From Candidatus Gastranaerophilales bacterium (GTDB lineage: Bacteria > Cyanobacteriota > Vampirovibrionia > Gastranaerophilales > Gastranaerophilaceae), in the NCBI GenBank assembly GCA_947631645.1, contig CANRMD010000006.1, positions 1,080 through 65,079 on the forward strand: 64,000 bases of DNA, given 5' to 3'. A program made the translations under genes and the position numbers. Shown in pieces: positions 26,896-36,645 of this stretch (the stretch's first letter is position 1; each line of letters starts with the position of its first letter). Under the pieces are notes generated by a model. The model saw only the letters and a list, made by a program, of their open reading frames with translations. It did no database searches and had not been told where the DNA came from.

Positions 26896-29142
26896 ATGAA
26901 AAAAGAATTATCACTTGCATTTGTATGGCACTTTCACCAGCCAAATTACCAAACCCAGCCTAACGGCATCAGAATTATGCCTTGGGCAAGACTTCATGCA
27001 ATTAAAGATTATCTTGATATGCTTTTGGTGATTGATAAATTCCCAAATATTAAACTTAATTTCAGTCTGGTTCCTACTCTTATTGATGCGATTGAAGATT
27101 ATTCAAAAGACGGGCATGATATTCATTCAAAACTTACTGTTACACCTGTTGAAGAATTGACTAATGATGATAAAGTTTACATTTTAAACTATTTTTTTGA
27201 TGTAAATTATCAAAACAAAATTTCTAAATTTCCGAGATATAATGAACTGTACCTTAAAAGATACAGTAAACATGATGTAAATATTAATGAATTTTCCAAT
27301 CAGGATTACGCAGACATAATGATGCTGTTTAATCTTGTTTGGTTTGATGATATATGGAAAAATAAATATCCCGAAATTAATGCTTTTATAAAAAAAGGCA
27401 GAAATTATACGTTACAAGAACGCCGTGAACTTATAGAGCTTAACAGAAAAATTATCAGGCAGATTATTCCCGCTTTTAAAAAATATCAAGATGAAGGTAG
27501 AATTGAGATTATAACAACTCCTTATAATCACCCTATTTTACCTATACTTATTAATCCAAATGATTTAAAGATTTCAACACTCAAAAACCCTATGCCTGAT
27601 TGTAAAATTGCTTTGATGGTAGATGTTAAAGAGCAGTTAAAAATGGCTCTTGATAAAATGGAAGCAACTTTTGGCAAAAAACCTAAAGGCATTTGGCCAA
27701 GTGAACATTGTATAAGCCAAAAAACTCTTGATGTTCTTGCTAATATGGATACCGAATGGGTTATTACAGATGAAAGTGTTCTTTCTAATTCTATTAAAAA
27801 AGATTTTGTCAGAGATTTTCGCGGTTGTTATGAAGATCCTTATGACCTTTGCTCTTTTTACCTTTATAAGACTAAACGAGATAAAGAAATAAACATTATT
27901 TTCAGAAATTCGGTATTCCCTAACCTTATTACTTTTGAATATCCTAAATATGACAGTGTTCGTTGTGCGAATGATTTGTATGACAGAATAAAAAACATAT
28001 ATGACAAATTAAAAAATTCGCCTGATAAATGTCATTTGTTAACAATCGCAATGGATGGTGAAAACAGCTGGGAATATTATCCTAATGACGGTGCCATTTT
28101 CTTGGAAAGACTGTATTCTTTAATAAATGATGACAAATCTTTGAAAACTGTTTTAGTAAGTGATTATATTTCGGAAAATAAAAAATCTGAAAAACCGTTA
28201 AAAAAAGTAACAACGGGTTCTTGGCTTAATCAGGAATTTCAATTATGGATAGCGGAACCGACAAAAAATCTTGCTTGGAAATACCTTGTTCAGACAAGAA
28301 ATGATTTAAAAGAAGCCGAAAAATCAGGTAATTTGACAAAAGAACAAATTCAATCAGCAAAATCGGAAATATATGTTACCGAAGGCTCTGATTGGTTTTG
28401 GTGGTACGGAGAGCCAAACAATTCGGGGCAAGACCATATTTTTGACTTTATGTTCAGAGAACATCTTAAAAATGTTTATAAAATTATTGATAAATCTATA
28501 CCGCAATATTTAGAAATGCCTTTAATCGCTTATATGGGTAAACCGCTTAAAAACCCCGTAAGAGAAATTACGCCTAATATTAACGGTATTATTAAAGGTA
28601 ATGATGAATGGCTTCAGGCAGGCTGTATTGATATTCCTGACGGGCCTATATTAAATGAAAACAAAATTTTTAACAGAATATATTTCGGTAATGACAAAGA
28701 TAATCTTTATTTAAGATTTGATACAAACAAGTATTTCTTAGAAAACAGAGATAGTTTTAAAGAATATTATTCCATATATGTATATGTTAAATCATATAAT
28801 AATCAGATGGAGCAAAGTTCTGCCGTTAGGACTACAAATAAAGCCGATATGATTTTACCTATCTTATTAGACGGTTATACAAAAGAAATAAAATTTGCAA
28901 TAACAAGTGCCCGTAAGTATCCGATGCAGTTTTCGGAATCGGTAAAAGACGGATTGTGGGAGTTAAATTGGAACCATCATATAAAATATGTACAAAATGA
29001 GATATATGAAGTAAGTATACCTTTTGATGATTTGAAAATACAATCCGGAGAAAGTTTTGATTTCTTTATAATAACAGGATGCAGCGGAGTAACTGAAGAC
29101 ATATATCCAAAAGATGCGGCATTAACTATTACAAGACCGTAA
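26896..29142 (+). CDS. Glycoside hydrolase family 57 protein (alpha-glucan-active)
   Basis: FVWHFHQPNY, TPYNHPILPIL, WPSEHCIS and DGENSWEY motifs are typical of GH57. The start could also be ATG 26875. Confidence 0.85.
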   Translation: MKKELSLAFVWHFHQPNYQTQPNGIRIMPWARLHAIKDYLDMLLVIDKFPNIKLNFSLVPTLIDAIEDYSKDGHDIHSKLTVTPVEELTNDDKVYILNYFFDVNYQNKISKFPRYNELYLKRYSKHDVNINEFSNQDYADIMMLFNLVWFDDIWKNKYPEINAFIKKGRNYTLQERRELIELNRKIIRQIIPAFKKYQDEGRIEIITTPYNHPILPILINPNDLKISTLKNPMPDCKIALMVDVKEQLKMALDKMEATFGKKPKGIWPSEHCISQKTLDVLANMDTEWVITDESVLSNSIKKDFVRDFRGCYEDPYDLCSFYLYKTKRDKEINIIFRNSVFPNLITFEYPKYDSVRCANDLYDRIKNIYDKLKNSPDKCHLLTIAMDGENSWEYYPNDGAIFLERLYSLINDDKSLKTVLVSDYISENKKSEKPLKKVTTGSWLNQEFQLWIAEPTKNLAWKYLVQTRNDLKEAEKSGNLTKEQIQSAKSEIYVTEGSDWFWWYGEPNNSGQDHIFDFMFREHLKNVYKIIDKSIPQYLEMPLIAYMGKPLKNPVREITPNINGIIKGNDEWLQAGCIDIPDGPILNENKIFNRIYFGNDKDNLYLRFDTNKYFLENRDSFKEYYSIYVYVKSYNNQMEQSSAVRTTNKADMILPILLDGYTKEIKFAITSARKYPMQFSESVKDGLWELNWNHHIKYVQNEIYEVSIPFDDLKIQSGESFDFFIITGCSGVTEDIYPKDAALTITRP

Positions 29143-29216
29143 TTGTACTTTTGATATAGGTTTTGGAAAGTGCAAAACACATCTTATCTTTGAATTTTAA
29201 ACCCGCTATTTGAATG

Positions 29217-29633
29217 CGTTCGGCTTTCGCCTTGTCCTCGCTTTACCCCTCGCTAACCGGACTTAATTTTTTTATCATATTGATTTTTCGGGCGTGCACA
29301 GACAATCAGCTTCGCTTTCAAATTACTGCGTAATTTTTTCGCTCCGCCTGTCTTTTGCACTTACGGGTTCGTTCAGCTTTGCTTCAACTACACCCTACCG
29401 AAAAATCCTCTCTTGAAATTCCTTTCGCTCGGGGTAGTCGCTCGTTCAGCTTTCGCCTTGTCCTCGCTTTACCCCTCGCTAACCGGACTTAATTTTTTTA
29501 TCATATTGATTTTTCGGGCGTGCACAGACAATCAGCTTCGCTTTCAAATTACTGCGTAATTTTTTCGCTCCGCCTGTCTTTTGCACTTACGGGTTCGTTC
29601 AGCTTTGCTTCAACTACACCCTACCGAAAAATC
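29217..29633. repeat. E3: tandem direct repeat, two ~191-bp GC-rich units with 226-bp period
   Basis: Units 29217-29407 and 29443-29633 are identical by eye except one position (29222 G versus 29448 A). Each unit contains nested inverted repeats (GATTTTTCGG/CCGAAAAATC, GTGCACAGACA/TGTCTTTTGCAC). Confidence 0.9.
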
Positions 29634-29662
29634 AAAAAAAACCCTTCTTTTTCAAGAAGGGG
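29634..29662 (-). terminator. Intrinsic terminator reading on the minus strand, abutting the E3 array
   Basis: CCCTTCTT-tttc-AAGAAGGG preceded on the plus strand by A8. On the minus strand this reads as hairpin plus U8. No minus-strand ORF lies upstream of it. Confidence 0.55.
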
Positions 29663-29850
29663 ATGAGCACTAAGAATAAGCAATCAGAAGAGTTGAGGAT
29701 TTACTCTTATATAATAGCTATTTTTTCCTTTACGTTCATTGCACTTAATAACTATATTTAGTAGTTATACTTTTGTTTAAATAAGCTTACATCTTATTTG
29801 TATTGTGATTGTAACTAAGGTAAAATTATTTTGTACTGTAGGAGATATTT

Positions 29851-30426
29851 ATGACTAAATTAATTGAACTTAACAACCTTAAACAAGAGTGTGAAAACTG
29901 TCTTAAGTGTGAGCTTGGTAAAACAAGAACAAATGTTGTATTCTCTGACGGAAGCCCTGAGGCAAAAATTCTTTTAATAGGAGAAGCTCCCGGAGCGGAT
30001 GAAGATGCCACCGGTACTCCGTTTGTCGGCAGAGCAGGGAAATTGCTTTCCGCTCTTTTGCAAGACTGCGGGCTCGATAGAAAAAATGATTTGTATATTT
30101 GTAATACCGTTAAATGCAGACCGCCTGAAAACAGAGTCCCTACCGATGAAGAAAAAAATTTGTGTGAACATTTTCTTATTAAACAAATTAATACCGTTAA
30201 ACCTAAAGTTATTGTACTTTGCGGGGCTACAAGTGCTAAATCTTTCTTGGGTGATAAAATTAAAATCTCACAAATTAGAGGTCAATGGTTCAAAATTCTT
30301 GATAATTTTGATGCTACCGTTATCTTTCATCCCTCTTATTTGTTAAGAAATCACTCTGAGCTTGAGGGTTCTCCACGATGGCTTACTAAACAAGATTTAC
30401 TTAAAATTAAAGATTTTATTTCATAA
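29851..30426 (+). CDS. Uracil-DNA glycosylase, family 4 (Fe-S type)
   Basis: CENCLKCEL cysteines, GEAPGADEDATGTPFVGRAG motif and HPSYLLR. AGGAG RBS. Confidence 0.92.
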   Translation: MTKLIELNNLKQECENCLKCELGKTRTNVVFSDGSPEAKILLIGEAPGADEDATGTPFVGRAGKLLSALLQDCGLDRKNDLYICNTVKCRPPENRVPTDEEKNLCEHFLIKQINTVKPKVIVLCGATSAKSFLGDKIKISQIRGQWFKILDNFDATVIFHPSYLLRNHSELEGSPRWLTKQDLLKIKDFIS

Positions 30427-30523
30427 TATTCGTAAACATTTGTAATATAAAATTATATTATGTGCCCTATTTCCTTATATTTGTTACAATAAAAATTGGT
30501 AAATTATAAATTGAGAGTGCAAA

Positions 30524-33013
30524 ATGGCAGCTGATAATTATAAAGAAATTCTTCAAGAAGTATGTGAAAAGCTTAATAATATTGATTCCGTTAAAGAAAC
30601 TGATATTTTAAATATTAAAAATTCCGTTGAAGCTATCGAAAGCTTAATTACTGATACACAGGCTAAGCTTAATTTTCAGGATATTAAAGAAAAACTTGAA
30701 AATATATCTTTCCAAATGGATAACAGTAATGAAGGTATTTTAAAAGATTTATTTAATGACATTAATTCTTTAAAAGAATCAACCGGAAATGTAGGTAAGT
30801 GTCTTGAAAATATCCAAAATCTTCAAAATTTGACTGTTACCAGCAGCGAATTTGAAGAGTACCAAAAAAGACAGCTTGATTTGGCTCTTAAAACCAACGA
30901 AAATATTTTTAATGAGTTGACTTATATTAAAGAAAATATATCCTCTACTCCTAACGGTGAAAATGTTAAAAATTTAGAAGAACAGCTCTCTAATATTCAC
31001 GATAATCTTTCAGATTATATTGAACAACTTGTTAAAAAAATTCCTGAGGTTCCCTCACTTGATGAAATCGGGGCTATAATGTCCGATTTGAACAGTGTTC
31101 ATCAAAAAAATATAAAACAAACTAATCAGCTTATTAAAGATTTGCAATCTAAATTCTCCAGTTTTAAAGATGATTTTGAAAGCAAAGATTTTGAAAATCA
31201 AATTGAAAAAATTAGTGAAATATATGACAGTTTAAGCAAAATTAATCTTTGGGTTGAAAAAGTCGGTTATGTTAATCAGGCAATTGAAAATGTTTACGCA
31301 AGGCTCGGAGAAAACGTTGATTTTGATGAAGTAAGCGAAAAAGTTGATATTATTTATGAAAATATCACTGCTCTTAATAATTGGTCTATGAAAATTGATA
31401 ACGTACAAGATACAGTTACTCAATTAAAATCAGATATTTCTTCTTTCAGCGATTTTCAGGAAACTACAAAAAATATTTCTGAGTCTATTAATAATCTTAA
31501 AGAACATTTGAGTTCAAATAACTCTTTAGAAGGAATTGATTTTGAAGACTTTATTAATAAAATTGATTTGATTTACGACAACCTCGGTATGCTTAATGAT
31601 TGGGTCAGCAAAATTGATGACATCGTTAAAAGAAGCAATGACCTTGATTTAAAATTCCAACAAACAAGTGATAATATATCTTCTAAACTTCAAGATGCTA
31701 TTGAAAACTTTAATTTTCAATTTGATGAAGCAAATGAAAATATTACTCAACTCGATTTTAAAATTCAAGCAGTCGAAGATACTTTTAGTATTAAATTAAA
31801 AGAAGCTGATGAAAATATCACTTCAAAATTAGATGATATTAATAACGATATTAATTCAAAATTACAAGAAACTAATGATAATATTAATCTTAAATTTGAC
31901 GAAACTAATGACAATTTAAATTCAAAAATAGATGAAATTTCTCAGACCGTTGCTAACAGTGCTTCAAATACGGATAAAATCGTACAGGATGTTCCTGATA
32001 TTAAAGCAACTCTTGAAACATTGGCTTCTGATTTGCATGCTATAACAAATACTACAAAATCAGACGGCGATTCATATATCTATACACTTATGGATATTGA
32101 ATCTGATTTTGAAAAATTACATAAATCTATTGATGATAATAAAAAAATTGCTTCTGATGATATCCAATCAATTAAAGAATGTTTTGCAGAGCTTAATGAA
32201 GATATTTCAAGTATCAGTATAAGAACCAATAAACTTATTCTTTCCGCTGACGATGCAAATAAAGAGTTTAAAACTTATTTAGACACTTTTAAAAATGTTA
32301 TTAATTCTTTTGAAAATCAAAATCAAGCAAATAATTTATCGTTAAAGTTTGATTTACTCTGTTCTAATGTTTCAGAGATGATAAAACTGTTAAACAAAAG
32401 TGTTAATGCAAATAATAATTTGAATACGGCTTTCACTTATCTTGCCGAATGGATTGACGCTACGGGCGGTGTTTTAAATAACATTCAAGATGAACTTTCT
32501 CAATTAAAATCAAATAAAACGATTGATACTTTACCTACTGTGGAAATTAAAGAAAAAACTTCTAATCCTGAAGAGTTTACATCTTTAAATGAAAATATAT
32601 CGGAACTTAAAAGTTTATTAACAGGTATTATTGTTCAGTTGAATACGGCTCTCACTCCTGATATTGACTCTTTAAATGAAAGAATTGATAAACTTTGTGA
32701 TGAAAATAATAACAAATTGACTCAGCTTGAGATACTTTTGCAAGAAAAAGTTATTGAACAGGAAAAGAAAATCGTTGTTTTGGAAGAAAAAATTGATAAA
32801 ATGAGCGAAAAATTTGACAGACTTGTTGAAGTTATGGCTGATGATTCTCATAGTTATGAAATAAAAGATATTCTTAATTTCATCGCGAGCCAAATTAATA
32901 CTAATGTTGTTAATATTCAAAATACCAATACTACTATTAATGAAGTTGCTCAAAAGCTTGATTCTTTTGATGCAAATATGAATAAAATTGTTTCATATAT
33001 AGAAGAAGACTAA
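30524..33013 (+). CDS. Large acidic N/D/E/I-rich repeat / coiled-coil protein, unknown function
   Basis: 829 aa with no TM and no signal peptide. Three ~60-aa internal repeats ([KVI]DFE..I.KI..IY[DE]..L..[IL]N.W..K[IV]) and a run of short D.NI.SKL repeats. Confidence 0.6.
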   Translation: MAADNYKEILQEVCEKLNNIDSVKETDILNIKNSVEAIESLITDTQAKLNFQDIKEKLENISFQMDNSNEGILKDLFNDINSLKESTGNVGKCLENIQNLQNLTVTSSEFEEYQKRQLDLALKTNENIFNELTYIKENISSTPNGENVKNLEEQLSNIHDNLSDYIEQLVKKIPEVPSLDEIGAIMSDLNSVHQKNIKQTNQLIKDLQSKFSSFKDDFESKDFENQIEKISEIYDSLSKINLWVEKVGYVNQAIENVYARLGENVDFDEVSEKVDIIYENITALNNWSMKIDNVQDTVTQLKSDISSFSDFQETTKNISESINNLKEHLSSNNSLEGIDFEDFINKIDLIYDNLGMLNDWVSKIDDIVKRSNDLDLKFQQTSDNISSKLQDAIENFNFQFDEANENITQLDFKIQAVEDTFSIKLKEADENITSKLDDINNDINSKLQETNDNINLKFDETNDNLNSKIDEISQTVANSASNTDKIVQDVPDIKATLETLASDLHAITNTTKSDGDSYIYTLMDIESDFEKLHKSIDDNKKIASDDIQSIKECFAELNEDISSISIRTNKLILSADDANKEFKTYLDTFKNVINSFENQNQANNLSLKFDLLCSNVSEMIKLLNKSVNANNNLNTAFTYLAEWIDATGGVLNNIQDELSQLKSNKTIDTLPTVEIKEKTSNPEEFTSLNENISELKSLLTGIIVQLNTALTPDIDSLNERIDKLCDENNNKLTQLEILLQEKVIEQEKKIVVLEEKIDKMSEKFDRLVEVMADDSHSYEIKDILNFIASQINTNVVNIQNTNTTINEVAQKLDSFDANMNKIVSYIEED

Positions 33014-35691
33014 TTAACGGGTATTGCCGTTATAAGCTCACCTTTGTTACTGAATACTGATTCCATTTTTTTATCGTTATAAGGAGTTTGTATTACAATA
33101 CGATGTGAGTCCTCTCTGCCTTTTATCGACTTTGGAGTTTGGGTATATATTGATTTTAATGTATTTCTCAATTTTTCTTTTGTTGAATCGCTATATAATT
33201 CTTTAATGCTGCCTGATGAAGTTAGTGCTATTCTGTCTGTTAATCTTAATCTGGCATGAAGTGTTATATTAGGAATTTTATTTTCATCATTATTAAAATT
33301 CAGCCAATCATTAGAGTTAATAAAATCTATAAACTCTTTTGGCAAACTTTCTTTTATTGCATATATATATGTATTATTGTCACAATCGGCGGGAATTCTT
33401 AAACTTTCTTTATCCAGTTTTAATTCCCTTGCTAAATTTTTATATGATTCATTTGTTGTATCTATTTTGTTTACTATTTCTTTTGCAATTTTATATGAAC
33501 TGTATCTTTCGTGAGCATTTGTATATGTTGATTTTAAACCTTCTATAAAACTTGTATTTGATTTTTGATTTAGTATTAAACAGAATAAATTGTTTAATTC
33601 GTCTACGGATTTTATTTTTCTGGGTTTGTACTTATTTATATCTATGTTTAAAATATTATCATTATCTATATTTCTTGGTATTTGATATTGTTTTATTACA
33701 TTATTTAATGCGTTAAGCAAGGTTGTATAGCTTGTAAAGTCCATGTCATCAGGTATTAAATATAAATGTTTAATTAAATTATTGTATTCTCCCGAAGCGT
33801 TTTGATATGTTTTAAAGAATTTATTTAAATCTTTTACTGATGGTACTTTTTTATCTGCAATAATTTTTATTAAAGAATTTAATTGACCCGAATCTTTATA
33901 TTGTGCTGTAAAAGAAGCCAAGATATTTTTAGAGTTCGGTAAAAAGCCTGTTTGAGTTATCTTTTCTATTCTGTCTTGTGCCTTGTGAGGGTCTGAGGAT
34001 AATATATTTAAAATTTCTAAACATTGATTTCTATATTGTTCTGATTCTTGTGAGTCATCAAATTTTATTTTATTTTGTATTAAAAAATCAAGGGCACTTT
34101 GTTTTGAGTTAAAATACTTCCTGAAATTATTAAAGGCTTCTTGGCTCTTTTGTGTCTGCTCTGAATTATTTTGATGGAAAACAGCTATATCATTTAGGTT
34201 TTGTATTTTTTCGGAAGAACTAAAATCAGCACAATAATTAAATTCTTTATATATTTCTAACGGTGATTTGCCTATGAAATAATCACTTGCTTCATTTCTC
34301 AAGAAATTTTCTATAAAAGGTAATGCTGCATCAAATTTTGCTTTGTTTTGTTCTAATGTTTTTAAATCTGTTATATCTTTTTTATCAGAGTATCTGTATA
34401 AATCAATAAATTCCGATACCTGTTTTGTCGTTAGGCTTTTTTCTTTTGTGTTATGTACAGTATTATAAAAAGATAAAAACGAATTTTGATCTTTTATTTT
34501 ATTTGCATTTATTACATCTATTAAAGTATCAACGGCTTCTGTATCTTCTTTATTACAGCCTTTTGTATAGACCGCTGTTAATATGGCATTAAAATCATTA
34601 AATAATACTTGAGGCTCATTTGCATGTATTTGATTACAAATTGACTCTTTACTGATTATTATATCAAGCAAATCACTGTCAGAAATAATGTTTTTCTTTG
34701 TGTATATGTTAATTTCATTAACTGATACATTGCATTCATTCATTACTTCCAAAAGTGAAATTTTTTCTTCCGGAGTATTTAATTCACCAAAATTTTTATT
34801 AAGTCGGTTTCTTGCAGATGTTTTTATTTTTCCGAAATCTAAGGCTTTTTCTATATATTCCTGTAATTTATTAAGACTTTTTCCGTCATTTTTTAGATAT
34901 AAATAATTAACAATATCACTTAATTCGTAATATACCTTTTCACTATTCTGTTTAGATAATTTAGGATTAGCTTTTAATATATCATTTAAGAGTGCTATTT
35001 TTGCGTCATAAGTTTCTTGCAGATATTTTATTGCATTAACTTTATCTGCATCTGATTCAAAATTATTAAATTCGGGCTTTAAATATGATAATTTTTCATC
35101 AATTTCCGATTCGTTTTTTATGCCTGACTTTTTTAAAATATCTGTATAAGTATTTAATTTATTGAAATTCGGATTATCTTCATCTTCTTCTTGATTATAT
35201 AAATATAATAAAAGATTAGGAAATGAACTTATATCATATTTATTATTCAAATATTTGTATATTTTAACCGCCTCAATATTTTGATTTTTAAATACTTTTG
35301 GCGTGCTTGAGTTTTGGGTATATATTCTTAAAAAATTAACGAGTTGAATGCCGTTATTTATTCCGGCTTCTTTAAAAAGAGAGTTTATATATTCTTGAGC
35401 TGAATTATTAGGTAAAATAATATAATTTAATTCTTCAATTTTCATATTTTTTAATTGATTTAATTGGGATTTTAATTGTTTACTGGATAGTGCAGTAATA
35501 TAATTTTCCACATTTCTTTCATGTGTTAATTTTTTCATTACACCTGAAATTACACTAAAAATATTGCTAAATAAACTTCCAAGAATATTAACTTCATCTT
35601 TTGAAGTATCACTTCCAAAAGACGGGGTAACATTTTTTATCTTTTGTGAAGAAACGCTATTTAATTTTGTTGTGTTAAAGTTAACTTGCAC
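33010..35691 (-). CDS. Large hypothetical protein (893 aa) with possible C-terminal DUF4258/BECR-like domain
   Basis: A long uninterrupted ORF with a GTG start. The C-terminal ITLHARLRLTDRIAL...ELITAIPVN resembles the HAxxRxxxR start and hydrophobic final strand of DUF4258-type toxin domains. The rest is unrecognised. Confidence 0.55.
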   Translation of the reverse strand: MQVNFNTTKLNSVSSQKIKNVTPSFGSDTSKDEVNILGSLFSNIFSVISGVMKKLTHERNVENYITALSSKQLKSQLNQLKNMKIEELNYIILPNNSAQEYINSLFKEAGINNGIQLVNFLRIYTQNSSTPKVFKNQNIEAVKIYKYLNNKYDISSFPNLLLYLYNQEEDEDNPNFNKLNTYTDILKKSGIKNESEIDEKLSYLKPEFNNFESDADKVNAIKYLQETYDAKIALLNDILKANPKLSKQNSEKVYYELSDIVNYLYLKNDGKSLNKLQEYIEKALDFGKIKTSARNRLNKNFGELNTPEEKISLLEVMNECNVSVNEINIYTKKNIISDSDLLDIIISKESICNQIHANEPQVLFNDFNAILTAVYTKGCNKEDTEAVDTLIDVINANKIKDQNSFLSFYNTVHNTKEKSLTTKQVSEFIDLYRYSDKKDITDLKTLEQNKAKFDAALPFIENFLRNEASDYFIGKSPLEIYKEFNYCADFSSSEKIQNLNDIAVFHQNNSEQTQKSQEAFNNFRKYFNSKQSALDFLIQNKIKFDDSQESEQYRNQCLEILNILSSDPHKAQDRIEKITQTGFLPNSKNILASFTAQYKDSGQLNSLIKIIADKKVPSVKDLNKFFKTYQNASGEYNNLIKHLYLIPDDMDFTSYTTLLNALNNVIKQYQIPRNIDNDNILNIDINKYKPRKIKSVDELNNLFCLILNQKSNTSFIEGLKSTYTNAHERYSSYKIAKEIVNKIDTTNESYKNLARELKLDKESLRIPADCDNNTYIYAIKESLPKEFIDFINSNDWLNFNNDENKIPNITLHARLRLTDRIALTSSGSIKELYSDSTKEKLRNTLKSIYTQTPKSIKGREDSHRIVIQTPYNDKKMESVFSNKGELITAIPVN

Positions 35692-35751
35692 TTATTTTTC
35701 CATTTTCCTTAAATTAGACAAAACAAAGGAAAAGGATAATTTGTCTTTTCA

Positions 35752-36645
35752 TTAATTTTTATTAAGAGCTTTACGTAATATACCGTTAGTTTGTTTTAAA
35801 AGATTTGAAGCACTTTCAAAATCAATATTGAATTTTATTTGTACAATTGCTTCTTTAACTTTAAAATTATTGTTTTCAAGAGTCATTTTTGCTGTTTCAT
35901 AATCGGTTTGAGCAATTTGTGATACTATTCGTATTGCTCTGTCTTTAAGTTTTATATTAGTAGGCTTAACATCAACCATATAGTTTTTATATGTTTTGCC
36001 GGTTTTAACCATTGCTCCTGTTGTGAGCATATTTAATACCATTTTTTGAGCGGTGCCCGCTTTCATTCTTGTTGAACCGGTGATAGCTTCCGCTCCTGTT
36101 TCAATACAAATGCTGAGGTCTGCATAATCCTTCATTTTTGCGTTGGGGTTACAGGTTAAAGCTATTGCTTTAGCGTGTTTTTCTTTAGCAAGTTTTAAAA
36201 TTTCCATTACGTAATTAGCATTACCGCTTGCAGAAATTGAAACTACGGTATCGTTTTGATTAATATTAAGTCTTTTAAAGTCATCTTGAGCAAGTTCAAT
36301 AGAATCTTCCGCCCCCTCTATAGCATATCTTAAAGCTTTATCCCCGCCGGCTATTGTTCCTGTTACCATATCAGACGGGGTATTAAAAGTAGGGGGACAC
36401 TCGGAAGCATCTAAAACACCTAATCTTCCGCTTGTGCCTGCTCCAAAATATAATAATCTGCCGCCCTTTACAAAATTTTCACTTATTATATCTATTGCTT
36501 TTGCTATAGTATCTAAGTTTTTTGATATTTCTTGTGCAACTTTTAAATCTTCATTATTAATCATTTTAACAATTTCTAAAGATGAAGATACGTCAATATT
36601 AACAGTATCGGGGTTTGTTTTTTCAGTAATAATTATATCTTTCAT
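35752..36645 (-). CDS. murQ: N-acetylmuramic acid 6-phosphate etherase
   Basis: SIS-domain protein with GAGTSGRLGVLDASECPPTF and TGSTRMKAGTAQK motifs. Confidence 0.92.
   Translation of the reverse strand: MKDIIITEKTNPDTVNIDVSSSLEIVKMINNEDLKVAQEISKNLDTIAKAIDIISENFVKGGRLLYFGAGTSGRLGVLDASECPPTFNTPSDMVTGTIAGGDKALRYAIEGAEDSIELAQDDFKRLNINQNDTVVSISASGNANYVMEILKLAKEKHAKAIALTCNPNAKMKDYADLSICIETGAEAITGSTRMKAGTAQKMVLNMLTTGAMVKTGKTYKNYMVDVKPTNIKLKDRAIRIVSQIAQTDYETAKMTLENNNFKVKEAIVQIKFNIDFESASNLLKQTNGILRKALNKN

Noticed and set aside
29217-29633. Possible CRISPR array (also considered for 48001-48340)
   Set aside because: There are only two copies. The units are 171-226 bp rather than 25-40 bp. There are no unique spacers of regular size and no cas genes in the window.
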